From Octopus vulgaris (lineage: Eukaryota), in the NCBI GenBank assembly GCA_951406725.2, contig OX597827.1, forward strand, positions 44,702,001-44,766,000: a stretch of 64,000 nucleotides of DNA, in the 5' to 3' direction. Positions within the stretch are counted from its first letter, which is position 1. Each line of letters starts with the position of its first letter. Positions 27,942 through 39,616 of the stretch are shown here, in pieces. A program made the position numbers and the translations under genes. Under the pieces are notes generated by a model that had not been told where the DNA came from, made no database searches, and worked only from the letters and a program-made list of their open reading frames with translations.

Positions 27942-27980
<39 letters not shown>

Positions 27981-28270
27981 ACAGGCTTCTTTCAGTTTCC
28001 ATCTGCTAAATCCACTCACAAAGCTTTGGTTGGCCTGAGGCTATAGTAGAAGACACTTGCCCAAGGTGTCACACAGTGGGACTGAACCAGGAACCATGTG
28101 ATTAGGAAGCAAGGCTTTGGCCAGCTCGAGGCTATAGTAGAAGACACTTGCCCATAGTACCAGGCTTAAAAAAAAAAGGTAGTAGGATCAATTTATTCTA
28201 CTAAGAGCTCTTCAAGACGATGCCCTAGCATGGCCACAGTCTAAAGACTGAAACAAGTGAAAGATAAAAG
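27180..28270. mobile_element. Cluster of family A SINE pieces in both orientations, nested in a hAT-like MITE
   Basis: Plus-strand heads at about 27180-27320 and 27476-27625, a minus-strand copy at about 27722-28112, and a plus-strand tail at about 28155-28270. MITE halves lie at about 27135-27180 and 28325-28348. Confidence 0.7.
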
Positions 28271-28449
28271 ATACTGTAGGAGTATAAACAGTTTATTGCC
28301 CAAATTTTAACAGCACAATCTTATATAGACCCTGGTTGGGAACCACTGCCATAGATATTCCCCAAATTACTCTCTCTATTTCTCTCTCTCTCTCTCTCTC
28401 TACAATTTCACGTTTTCAGTATGCACATCATCATCATATTCATCACAGT

Positions 28450-28645
28450 TGGCACGTAAAAAGCACCCACTACACTCACGGAGTGGTTGGCGTTAGGAAG
28501 GGCATCCAGCCGTAGAAACACTGCCAGATTTGACTGGGCCTGATGAAGCCTTCTGGCTTCACAGACCCCAGTAGAACCGTCCAACCCATGCTAGCATGGA
28601 AAACGGACGCTAAACGATGATGATGATGATTATGATGATGATGAT
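28450..28645 (+). mobile_element. Repeat family D (GGCACGTAAAAAGCACCC..GGAAGGGCATCCAGC..CCAACCCATGC..(GAT)n), probable SINE/LINE 3' end
   Basis: Further copies at about 10970-11158, 18970-19075, 25540-25650, 53245-53420 and 63575-63765, plus reverse fragments at about 43760-43880, 58710-58850 and 60970-61090. The trinucleotide tail is typical of RTE-mobilised elements. Confidence 0.75.
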
Positions 28646-28973
28646 TACACACTATCTATTTGAATGTCTATCCACTTGTCCACTATCCTATCTAACTACT
28701 TCTTTTAATCCTCATGCATATCATTTCCATATATGTGTGTGTGTGTGTGTGAGTGCAGGCTTGTGCATATGTGCGTGTGTGTGCATATATGTATGTAAAA
28801 GAATATGTATAATATATGCATATATATATTTATGTGTGTGTGTGTGTATGTGTGTATATATATATATATATATAATAATATATATACTAAAAAAAATGGA
28901 GAAAAAAGACAATAAGAAAAAACAACACAAGGACATGGTACATGCAAAGTATTAATAAGATTCTCAGGGAATA

Positions 28974-29029
<56 letters not shown>

Positions 29030-29039
29030 GTTTGAATGT

Positions 29040-29165
29040 ACAACAAACAAAAGACAGACAGGTGAGAGAACAAGAATCTAGGTATATTAGTTTAACACAC
29101 AGGAAAAATGGAGAAGTTTCAATGTTTCGAGCGTACACTCTTCAACAGGAAGGGACAAGGAAAAT
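29040..29165 (-). mobile_element. Penelope-like terminal repeat fragment with hammerhead-like fold
   Basis: Minus strand reads TTC-CTGTTGA-A-GAGTG-TA-CGCTC-GAAA-CATT-GAA and is homologous to 52226-52340. Confidence 0.55.
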
Positions 29166-29495
29166 AAATAGAGAAAGTGAAAGGAAATAGAGAAAGAAAA
29201 AAAATGTGTCAAAGATTAATGTTTCCGCATGTGTGTGTGTGTATGACAGGTTTCATATACCTTCCAGCTATCAAATTCATTCACAAGACATTGGTTAGCC
29301 AAGGGTTACAGTAGAAGGTAATTGCACCGGATGCTACACAGTGGGATTGATCTCCAAATCATGTGGTTGCAAAATAAGCTTCTCGATGACAAATCATACC
29401 TACACCTGTATTTTATTTTATGTATTTTATTTGAAACATGGTCATGAAAGTATTAAGTCAATAGTTTCTTTTTCTTTATCTTTTATTTTGTAAAG

Positions 29496-29543
<48 letters not shown>

Positions 29544-29631
29544 ATGATTATGTTGCTATTTGAATTGTATAATTAGTCCAGACTACTGGCTCCAATATAC
29601 AGTAGTTAACATGTTATATTTTTTTAAATAA

Positions 29632-29677
29632 CCTCTCTTAATTTTCTCTCTCTTTCTTGTTTCTTTTGCAGGTAAGT
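29632..29677 (+). promoter_or_regulatory. Candidate recursive splice site (3' splice site fused to a 5' splice site)
   Basis: ATTTTCTCTCTCTTTCTTGTTTCTTTTGCAG|GTAAGT, with AG at 29670-29671 and GT at 29672-29673, in non-repetitive sequence. Confidence 0.65.
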
Positions 29678-30379
29678 CACACTATTTCGGTAGACATCTA
29701 TCTGTCTATCTTCCTATGCCTCCTCATCTTGCCTCACTTCTCCTCTCAGTGAAGTCTCTCAGAACAAAACACAATCAATATTTCAAACATTGTTTGAGAT
29801 ATCATCAGCAGCAGCAGTAATAGTGATGGTGGTGGTGTAATGTTTTGTAGCGGTGGTGGCGGCGTAGTAGGTAAGTATGCGGTGGTAGTGGTGGTGGTGA
29901 AGTTAGTTCTCTTTTCATTAAAATTTTTTTTATTCCTCCCCACATCTCTCTCCAGCCTTCTCCACCCTCTACTCACCACCATTAAATCTGATTATTATTT
30001 TCATCTTGCTGTTGTTGTGCTGTATTGTTTTGAACTTCTCTGTTAAAATGTAAGGTCAACTGGTACTGTGAGTACTATTTCATGTGGTGAATATAACATA
30101 TACAAACACACATGTATGTATGCACACACACACACACACAATGGCTGAGGTGAATATATGCACAACATAATTCTATTGTCAAACGTCTCCATCTTAGTTA
30201 TCTTTGTTATCATATTTTTGCTCTGACTGAAATTATTCATTTTTATTGAGCTCTTTGCTAAAATGTTTTACACCAGTGAATATTGTCTTGTATTTGCAAG
30301 GTAGTTATTTCCATTATTACTCATATTACTATACACACTGTATAGTGGTTGGCATTAGGTAGGACATCCTGAATGTTTC

Positions 30380-30612
30380 CTATTTCTTTATTGCCCACAA
30401 GGGGCTAAACATAGAGGGGACAAACAAGGACAGACAAACGGATTAAGTTGATTATATCAACCCCAGTGCATAACTGGTACTTAATTTATCGACCCCAAAA
30501 GGATGAAAGGCAAAGTCGACCTTGACGGAATCTGAACTCAGAATGTAACGGTAGACGAAATACTGCTAAGCATTTCGCCCAGTGTGCCAACGATTCTGCC
30601 AGCTCGCCGTCT
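30380..30612 (-). mobile_element. SINE family B, full length with TSD
   Basis: Flanked by GACATCCTGAATGTTTC and GACATCCAGAATGTTTC. Confidence 0.88.
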
Positions 30613-30882
30613 TAATGACATCCAGAATGTTTCTGCAAACATTAACTTACAACTATAAAAACTGAATATTAACCATATGAATTTCAGCAGGCCCTGAAAG
30701 CCTAAAAAACATCATAGGCTCTTCTCCCAACTAAACCATAAGTTTAGTCCCTAAAATTTCAATATAAGCTGGCTGATCTTCGTCGTTATTTTTTTTTTTT
30801 TTTTTTAATAGTAACATATCATTTGTGACTGTTCCATTCTGAAATTTTAAAAAATAAATTAATAATATATAAAGATAAAAAA

Positions 30883-31265
30883 CGTGGCAGTGTGGTAACT
30901 AGCTTGCTTCCCAACCTCATGGTTCTGGGTTCAGTCCCACTGCGTGGCACCTTGGGCAAGTGTCTTCTACTATAGCCTCGGGCTGACCAAAGCCTTGCAA
31001 GTAGATTTGGTAGACGGAAACTGGAAGAAGCCCGTTGTGTATTTGTATATATGTGTGTATGTTTGTGTGTCTGTGTTTGTCCCCCCAACATCACTTGACA
31101 ACCAATGCTGGTGTGTTTACGTCCCCGTAACTTAGCGATTCAGCAAAAGAGACCGATAGAATAAGTACTAGGCTTACAAAGAATAAGTCCTGGGGTCGAT
31201 TTGTTCAACTAAAGGTGGTGCTCCAGCATGGCCACAGTCAAATGACTGAAACAAGTAAAAGAGAG
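30883..31265 (+). mobile_element. SINE family A, near full length
   Basis: All family A blocks are present with low divergence. Confidence 0.87.
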
Positions 31266-31454
31266 TATGGTTTCACTTAAAGATATCTATCTTTTATTTG
31301 TTTCAATCATTAGCTTGTAGCCATGGTGGGGCACTACCCTGAATTATTTTTAGTTGAACACATTGACCACAGCACTTTTATTAAAAGCTTGATACTTATT
31401 CTGTCAGCCTCTTTTACCAAACCACTGAAGAAGAAGAAGAAGAAGAAGAGCATT

Positions 31455-31755
31455 TGGTTACGTTGACAAGGGTCGCAGCTGATACGATCGACGGAACAGC
31501 TTGCTCAGGAAATTAACGTGCAAGTGGCTGAGCATTCCACAGACACGTGTACCTTAACGTAGTTCGCAAGCGTGACACAGAATGTGACAAAGCTAGCCCT
31601 TTGAAATACAGTTACAACTCATTTTTGCTAGCTGAGTGGACTGGAGAAACATGAAATAAAGTGTCTTGCTCAAGGACACAACGCATCGCCAGGAATCGAA
31701 CTCACAACCTTACAATCATGAGTCAAATGCCCTAACCACTAAGCCACGCGCGCTC
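31455..31755 (-). mobile_element. SINE family C
   Basis: Reverse tRNA head (TGGCTTAGTGG..GAGTTCGATTCC) plus GTGTCCTTGAGCAAGACACTTTA. Homologous to about 39185-39500, 55165-55465 and 58085-58330. Confidence 0.82.
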
Positions 31756-31994
31756 ACTACCAAACCACTAAGCACAGGTTGTCAAGCAGAAGTGGGGGAC
31801 ACAAACACACACACACATGTATGCTGTTATTTAGCTGAAGATCACTCCTGATTGAGTAGACCTGTAATCAAAAGTTTGGCAGTTGTGACCATCTTATCAT
31901 TTTCTATATCAGGGACCACACTGTCCATTCTACCTTTTTGCATTTAATGCAGTAAGGGTGAGTCTCGAGAGATTTGGCTTCTATTCCCAGAGGA

Positions 31995-32687
31995 TTAATC
32001 CTTCTGTTACTATTATATTTCTGTCGAAGCACTGCCTTTGTTTCAATTGATTTTTAAAATAATGGAGAATTTTGTAAAATAATTTTGGTCATAATTAAGC
32101 TGGCGTTTGAAACATAAATTAACATGAAATTTTGATGAAAGATTTCAATTTAGATCACTTTGACAGGATGTTTGTGTCATAAAACCAGGAGCTGTTTCAG
32201 GCAGATTTGGTATTAAAATGGTTTAGCAATCCTGTAGGGATTCCCTAGTTTGGCTTCATTCATTTTTCATTTCACCAATCTTGGTAACTAAGAGGCTCTC
32301 ATAGTTACCTCTAAGAATGAAATGAAATGAAATGGATGAAGATACTGATGATGATGCTGTTGATAATGTCAGCATCATTATGTCAATTATCTAACTCTGA
32401 AGACCAGTTCTTCAGCAACAATTCCATTGTCCCAACCCTTACATTCCCCCCTGACCCACTTTAACCCTTTTGTTATCATATTTCTATTAAAATACTCTGC
32501 CTTTGTTCCATTCACTTTTTGAAATGATGAAGAATTCAGTAAAATAACTTTGTTGTTAATAAGCTGCTGCCTTGAACAAATTAACATGAAATTTTGATGG
32601 AAGAATTGGATTTGGATTGCTTTAAAATAGGAAGTGTGTGTCATGGAAACAGGGGGCAGTCTCAGGTGGGTTGGTATTAAGAGTTAA
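31995..32687 (+). mobile_element. Two direct copies of the second TTAA-type MITE family (about 31995-32224 and 32461-32687)
   Basis: TTAACCCTTTTG...AAGAGTTAA ends and a shared body (AATTAACATGAAATTTTGATG). Also found at about 18886-19211 and 45525-45716. Confidence 0.65.
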
Positions 32688-32875
32688 TATTTAATAGGGT
32701 TGATGTTAGCTTTGAGTCGTTAGACTGTCAACTAAATAGATGTCAGTTCATTTTTTCTACCGACACTGCGTATTGTTAGTGGTCTAAATACTTAGCTCTC
32801 ACCAGCTCAGTCAAACTAATTGTAAAATAGGTATAGGTACCAAAGTTCCAATACAGTTCTATCAAGGAAGCCCGT

Positions 32876-33140
32876 GGGCATATAGCATAGTGGTACTAAC
32901 CCCAAGATTCTGAGTTCAATTCCAGGCAGTACCTTGAATAAATAACAATAATAATAATAATATTTAAAAAATACCTTAGGAATGAGAACCCAGGGTTGAG
33001 TTCAAAATTCCACGAAGACACCTGATGATGGCTGGAGAGTAAATCAGCCAAAACGTTGTGGTAACAACAAAGAAGATGAGGACACGTATCTGTCCAATGT
33101 AAATAATGTATAGAATTCTTCATCTCTCAAATATAAAACA
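32876..33140 (+). mobile_element. tRNA-headed SINE-like element with a minimal type I hammerhead ribozyme motif (G12 position mutated)
   Basis: A-box TAGCATAGTGG at 32883-32893, B-box GAGTTCAATTCC at 32912-32923, an (AAT)n linker, then ACAC-CTGATGA-T-GGCTG-loop-CAGCC-AAAA-CGTT-GTG at 33018-33060. Confidence 0.6.
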
Positions 33141-34052
33141 GAATGGTTTGTTACTACTATGAAATGTGGTAGTGTAATATATTGCACTGCTGAGTCCTTT
33201 CAGCTTGGCTTGGCTTGGTATGGGCCAAAACAGAAATTGCTCTCCTCACATCCCTCTTTGGCACAACCAATTCTCATCAATTGTTGCATGTCATAAACAA
33301 GTGGTCTTCAAGGAATGATGCAACCCGAATATTGCACCTGGTTTTTGCTCTCTTTATTTATTTATTTATTTATTTATTATAAGCCCATCTACCTACAGCG
33401 ATCCTCTCTGTATCCGTATCTTTTGCCAACGACGGCAGATTAACATTCCACATACAATGCTTTGCAACTTGATAAATTTTCAATTGAAAAATATTTCACA
33501 TGATGAAAGGCTTGCCTTGTAAAATATTCGATGGAAACAGCAGCAGCAGCAGCAGCACCAGCAGCACCAGCAGTCTACTTTCAGTGATACTACTGGTGTG
33601 TGAATCGTAGCAACATTAAAGAGCAATTTAATAGCAAGATTAAAGCATTTCATTTTTAAAAACTGCCTTTTATTTTGTTTATATTTCATGTAAATCTTTG
33701 CTTTGTTTTCTTTTTAATTCATTTATTTTATTTTATTTATTTATTTTTTTGGTTTTTTTTTTTCTTTCAAATTTCTAATTTTCCATTCGAAATTATTATC
33801 CAATAACGTTGAAAATTATCTTTCATAGATGGTGTTTTTTTTTGCTTTTTTTTTTTAAATTTTAGTTTGTTCATTGGTTTTAAATTTTTATATTTATGAT
33901 TTGCAAAAAAAAAAAAAAAAGATTACTTTTATTTTTTTTTCTTCTGTTCTTCTAAATTTTAATCAGTCAGGTGCTTGTGTAATGCGAAATGCTGATAAGT
34001 TTATTACAATTATTATTATTATTATTATTATTATTATTGTATATTAGAAACA

Positions 34053-34083
<31 letters not shown>

Positions 34084-35534
34084 TTTGATATATTTTATGT
34101 AGTTGACATGATTATTGGTACTATTAACTATTATCGTTATTAATATTATTATTACCATCGACTGCTGGTGTTATTAATGATATTGTTGTTTTCATTAATA
34201 CCATTAACGTTTATTAGCATTGTTGTTGTGGTGGTGGTGGTGGTGGTGGTGGTGGTATTGGTAGGAGTAGCAGTGGTAGTGTTATACACCAACAACAAAG
34301 ACAACAATAGTAGTGATAGTGGTGGTGGCAGTGGCGGTGGTGGTGGTTGGTGGTTATTTTAAATGCATTCAAAGAGAAAAACTACAAGTTTATAGCTGCT
34401 AATTATTTTGTATTGGAGTCAAATATATTTCATCCTTCTTCCAAACCGCCCATCCTCTCTTTCTCTCTCTCTCTCTCCCCCCTCCCTCTCTCTCTCTCTC
34501 TCTCACTCACTCTCTCCATCTTATCCTTCCTTGCTCAGCACATGAATTACCTATTTGTGATGCTGTATATTGTGTGTGTGTGCGTGTGCGTGTGCGTGTG
34601 TGTGTGTGTGTGTGTATGTGTGTGTGTGTGAAAACACACCTGTGTGTGTATGTATGTATGTATGTGTGTCTCAGTTGTTACAATTTATTGATTATTTCTG
34701 GCAGTAGAGATGATTCTGTATTTGAGGAAATCTATCTTAATTAATGGTGAAAAATGTTGAAAATTTTTCTATCTTCTATTTTATAAATGAATTCAGGTTA
34801 GGTTTTGAATATTTAGCAGCTTTTATTAAATTTTGCTGACCCCACCAGGCTTCAATTAGAGCAAATGTTTGCTAAAGAAAATTGATGATGATGATGATGA
34901 TGATGATGACAGGTGATGATGGTGGTGGTGGTGGTGGTGGTGGTAGTGGTGCTGCTGCTGCTGCTGCCGCTGCTGCTGGTGTTATGGAGGTGATGTGCTT
35001 TGTTGTCATGATAGAAGTGATTGTGATATTACTGTTGTTGTTGAGAGCTAAGTGATGGGAGGAGGATAGGGAGGTGCAGGAGGAGAGCGCAAAGAAAAGA
35101 AGAAATGAAAATAAATATATACAAATAAAAAAAAATATATATGAATATCAAATATCTTAGAACTTGAATGCTTCTTGCCCCTCCCTCTCCACTCATCTCT
35201 TTCTCTCTTCTCCCCCTCTCTCTGAAGGTCCCCCTCTCTCTCTATCTCCCTCCCCCTCTCTCTGAAGGTCTTTTAGAGGTTATTGATCACTGCTGCTATG
35301 TAATAAGTACATTGCTTTGTATTTTCTTCCTTCTTTTTTTTTTCTACTTTCTTAGTATTTTTGCATCCATTTATCCAGACAGTTGACAACTCTCACTTGC
35401 AATGTCTTCATATTCTACCAGAACACTTTTTCCTAGGTAGGAATGCCTGTCAAGAATGTTGCACTAACAAAAACAAGCTTGCACTTTTTCATAGCACATT
35501 AGTTCTAGTAATAATAATAATAATAATAATAATA

Positions 35535-36375
35535 AAAACAATGGTTTCAAATTTTGCCACAAGGGCAGCAATTTTGAGGGAGGGCTACTTATTTTATTGA
35601 TCCCTATAGGATAAAAGGTAAAGTCGACGTTGGCAGAATTTGAACTCAGAACATAAAATGGACGAAATGCTGCTAAGTGTTTTGCCCAGTGCAGTAATGA
35701 TTCTACCAGCTCACCACCTTAACATGAAGACAGGTGAAATTCCTCTGAGTATTTTATCTGGCATGCTAACGATTTTGCCAGCACGCTGCCAATAATTGTA
35801 ATAATAACAACAATCCATTCTACTTACAGGCACAAGGTCTGAAATTTGGGGAGAGGAGGCAAATCAATTATATTGCCTCCACTGTTCAACTGGTACTTAT
35901 TTTATCCACCCCCAAAAGAATGAAAGACAGAGTCAGTCTTGGCTGAATTTGAACTCAGACCATAAACCCAGAAGAAATGCCAATAAGCATTTTGTCTGGC
36001 ATGTTAATGGTTCCGCCACCTCTTGACCTTAGCTAATGATAATAATAATAGTTTCAAATTTTGGCACAAGGCCAGCAAGTTTAGGGTTAGGGGTAAGTCA
36101 ATTACATCAACCCACTGCTCAACTGGTACTTATTTTTATTGACCCCGAAAGGCTGAAAGGCAAAATTGGCCTCGGTGGAATTTGAACTCAGAATATAAAG
36201 ACAGACAAAATGTCACTAAGCATTTTGCTCGGCATGCTAATGATTCTACCAGCTCGTAATAGTAATAATAATAATCCTTTCTGCTATTGGCACAAGGCCT
36301 GAATTTTGTGACCAGGGGACTAGTCAATTACGTCCACCCCAGTGCACAGCTGGTACTTATTTTATTGACCCAGCG
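35535..36375 (-). mobile_element. Head-to-tail array of 4-5 family B-related SINEs
   Basis: Recurrent GAATTTGAACTCAGA, CTGGTACTTATTTTAT and GCACAAGG units separated by (AAT)n. Confidence 0.75.
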
Positions 36376-36917
36376 CCACCTTGTCTGGCGTCCATGCCGG
36401 TAGCATGTAAAAAGCACTCACTACACTCACAGAGTGGTTGGCATTAATTGGAGAGTTGAGAGACCTAGTTGCTTAACTCTTTCATTACTGTATTTACTTT
36501 GAGATGTTCTGTGTTTCTTTCAATTATTTTAGATAAATAAAAGAATTTAGTAAAATAACGTAGTTACTATTAAGCTAGTGTTAGGAACATAAATTGTGAC
36601 TAAGGTTTGGTGGAAGATTTTAATTCAAAACTTATGAAAACAAGACATTTGTACTACAGAGCTGGTTGCATGTCACTGGTACTTCTTTGTCAATATCAGA
36701 AAGTGTCAAAGCAAATATGGCAAGGTATTTTATCCGTTATTCTCATGATTTTGCCAATCCATTGGTCTTCAGTTCAAGTCAGCGAGATTTGAAACAATGA
36801 AATATCACAAAGCATTTTGTACCATGACATGGTAGAGGTTGTTTGTTCAGCTCCCCAAGTCAATCTTCCACCCATGACCAATTCATTTATTTATTTTGAA
36901 AACATACTATTTTCTTT

Positions 36918-37115
36918 TTAACCCTTTAGCATTTGAACTGGCCATATCAAGCCAAAGTATTCTATTTGTTTTATGTTCAAACTGGCCAAAAACCGTCTCT
37001 TACACCTACCCTACGATGTCAAACCAAAAGTAAACCATCCCCAAATCAAAATCTCAAAGCAACAAGATAATACATAATTAATTCAAAACAATATGTATGA
37101 ATAAGTATCACATTT
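36918..37115 (-). mobile_element. TTAA/piggyBac-type MITE (first family), reverse, truncated
   Basis: TTAACCCTTTAGCATTTGAACTGGCCATAT is the reverse complement of the right end of 45852-46062. Confidence 0.7.
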
Positions 37116-37309
37116 GGCAGCATCAAGACATTATGCTTTGATGTGAAAGTGATTTAGCTCCTGTTTCTTGTTGGTCAAAGGACCATGTGGAGTTTGCCCA
37201 TTGGCTACTAGTAGTGGTGGTGATGATGTGAGAGAAGTAGTAGTAATAGTTGTTGTTTAGTTCCGCATCATTCTTAAATCAAGCTGTCCAAGAAAGAGCA
37301 TTCCAGCTA

Positions 37310-37505
37310 TACTCTTTACTCTTTTACTTGTTTCAGTCATTTGAGTACGGCCATGCTGGAGCACTGCCTTTAGTCGAACAAATCGACCCCAAGACTTATT
37401 CTTTGTAAGCCTAGTACTTATTCTATCGGTCTCTTTTGCCAAACTGCTAAGTTACGGGGACGTAAACACACCAGCATCAGTTGTCAAGCGACGTTGGGGG
37501 GACAA

Positions 37506-37538
<33 letters not shown>

Positions 37539-37690
37539 CATATACATATTTACGATGGGCTTCTTTCAGTTTCTGTCTACCAAATCCACTCACAATGCTT
37601 TGGTCAGAAGAGACTTGCCCAAGGTGCCATGCAGTGGGACTGAACCATGTGCTTGGTAAGCAAGTTACTTATCACACAGCCACTCCTGTG
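37310..37690 (-). mobile_element. SINE family A
   Basis: Family A blocks in reverse orientation. Confidence 0.85.
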
Positions 37691-38394
37691 GCTATGTCTA
37701 TTTTGTCTATATTTTTCTGGCACAATGTTATCCAACATAGGCATTTCTTTCCAAAGTGCAAGGATGAGACTCATAGGAAATTTGACTGCTACTTCTAGCA
37801 AATTGAATGATGTTTGTGTTTTTGCTGTGGAACCTTGATCTGTTGCAATCAATCTCATGTCGCTTTTGCAATAGTTTGCACCTCTGTACGCAAACTCCTT
37901 GTTATCCAGCATATGCTTCTCTTTCTCAAGATGCTCGGGTGTGACTCAAAAGATATCCCGGCTGCTATTTCTTGCTGGTTGGATGTAATATTTGTACGTT
38001 TGCTGTGACAACCTTGGTCTGATGCAATTAATCACGTGTTGCTTTTGTGTTAGTGTGCCCCGCTGCACACAACCGCCTGGTTGACTGGCCAGTACAGCAG
38101 CAGCTACAGACTAATTCAAGTTTAAGATAATTGTAGGTAATAAATACTTAGTTTATCTGCTAGAGTGAAACACATCAAACGACAATCATCTTTCACAATG
38201 TTTTATTTTTATTTATTGTTTCTCTCTCTCTCTTTTTATTTTTTTTTTTGCTTTTTTTTTTTTTTATCTTCCTTAAGACAGAGACAGACTTTGCCACAAT
38301 TTCTGGAAATTTCTGAAACTATAGCAAATAATACCTCTTGCACATACATCAAGCACATTACTAGCTCTTTATTTCTCTTTCTCTCACTCACTCA

Positions 38395-38439
<45 letters not shown>

Positions 38440-39184
38440 TGTGTCTTACTCATTTTTCTCTTCAGTAAAAGATAATGGTGAGAAAAGATGGTAGAGTATC
38501 ATCAGAATGTTGTAATTCTACTCTAGAATCACTCCTTGATTTTTTACATGAAAATTTGACCTTAGGGTGGGAGAGTAGAAGTAGGAAGAAGGAAGCTCCC
38601 TAACCCTACCCTAGTTCATCTACCACAACCCACCCCCATCTTCCTCCACTATCTATTATCTCAGTGCAGACTTGAAATGAGTCAGACAAAAGCTATCCTG
38701 GAGCTAAGCAATATTATTGGGGGTTGGGGGCTGATTTTTTTTTTTCATGGGCTCCAGATTATGACTGTTGGGGTGGGAGGCAGAGGAACTATTGTTGTTT
38801 TGCCCTAGGTCAAACCTGCTTTTACCAAACTCAGGATCAAAGGCATTCTATCCCCCATATTGTTTGCCAGCTAAGTCCATTGAGGACTACATTATTCAAT
38901 GTTACCCTCCAATTTTTTGTCTCTGGCCATTCTCTGCAGTAACGCCTTTGGAGTAATGTCCATGAGACACAGGCTGAACACACTATTTAGGTGGGGATGT
39001 TATTTCCTCTATCCTTATTTTCTGCTGCTTTATTTCACCCCCTTTTATTCTTTATCTTTGTTTCCTTGGCGAAGTAATTTTTGTTTTTGTTGATTATTTT
39101 ATCTTTTATGCTTTTAATTTTTTTTTTTTTTTTGCTGTCTTCCTACAAAAATGTTGTTAACAAAATGGGGTTTTTACTGGCAGC

Positions 39185-39500
39185 CCATCAGTTACAGTGA
39201 GGATTCCAGTTGGTTCAATCTACAGAACAGCCTGCTCATGAATTTAACGTGCAAGTGACTGAGCATGCCATGTACATGCGTACCCTTAACATAGTTCTCA
39301 GGGAGATTCAGCATAACACAGAATGTGATAAGGCTGGCTCTTTTGAGATACAGGTACTACTCATTTTTGCCAGCTGAGTGGACTGGAAAAATGAGAAATA
39401 AAGTGTCTTGCTCAAGGACACAACACACCGCTGGAAATTGAACTCACAATGTTACAATCGTGAGCTGACTACCCAAACCAGTATGCCACACACACCTTCA
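39185..39500 (-). mobile_element. SINE family C
   Basis: Homologous to 31455-31755. Confidence 0.8.
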
Positions 39501-39616
39501 CAAAATGGGGTTTTTATACCATCATTCTAATTTACAGCTCAATGGAGACAGACTTGCTAGGTCAACTGTTAAAAGTAGGGGTAGAGTTGATTATACCACT
39601 TCTCTTCACATATATA

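Noticed and set aside
33168-33192. TATTGCAC miR-92-like seed in a short palindrome
   Set aside because: Only the seed matches, and the hairpin is far too short for a pre-miRNA.
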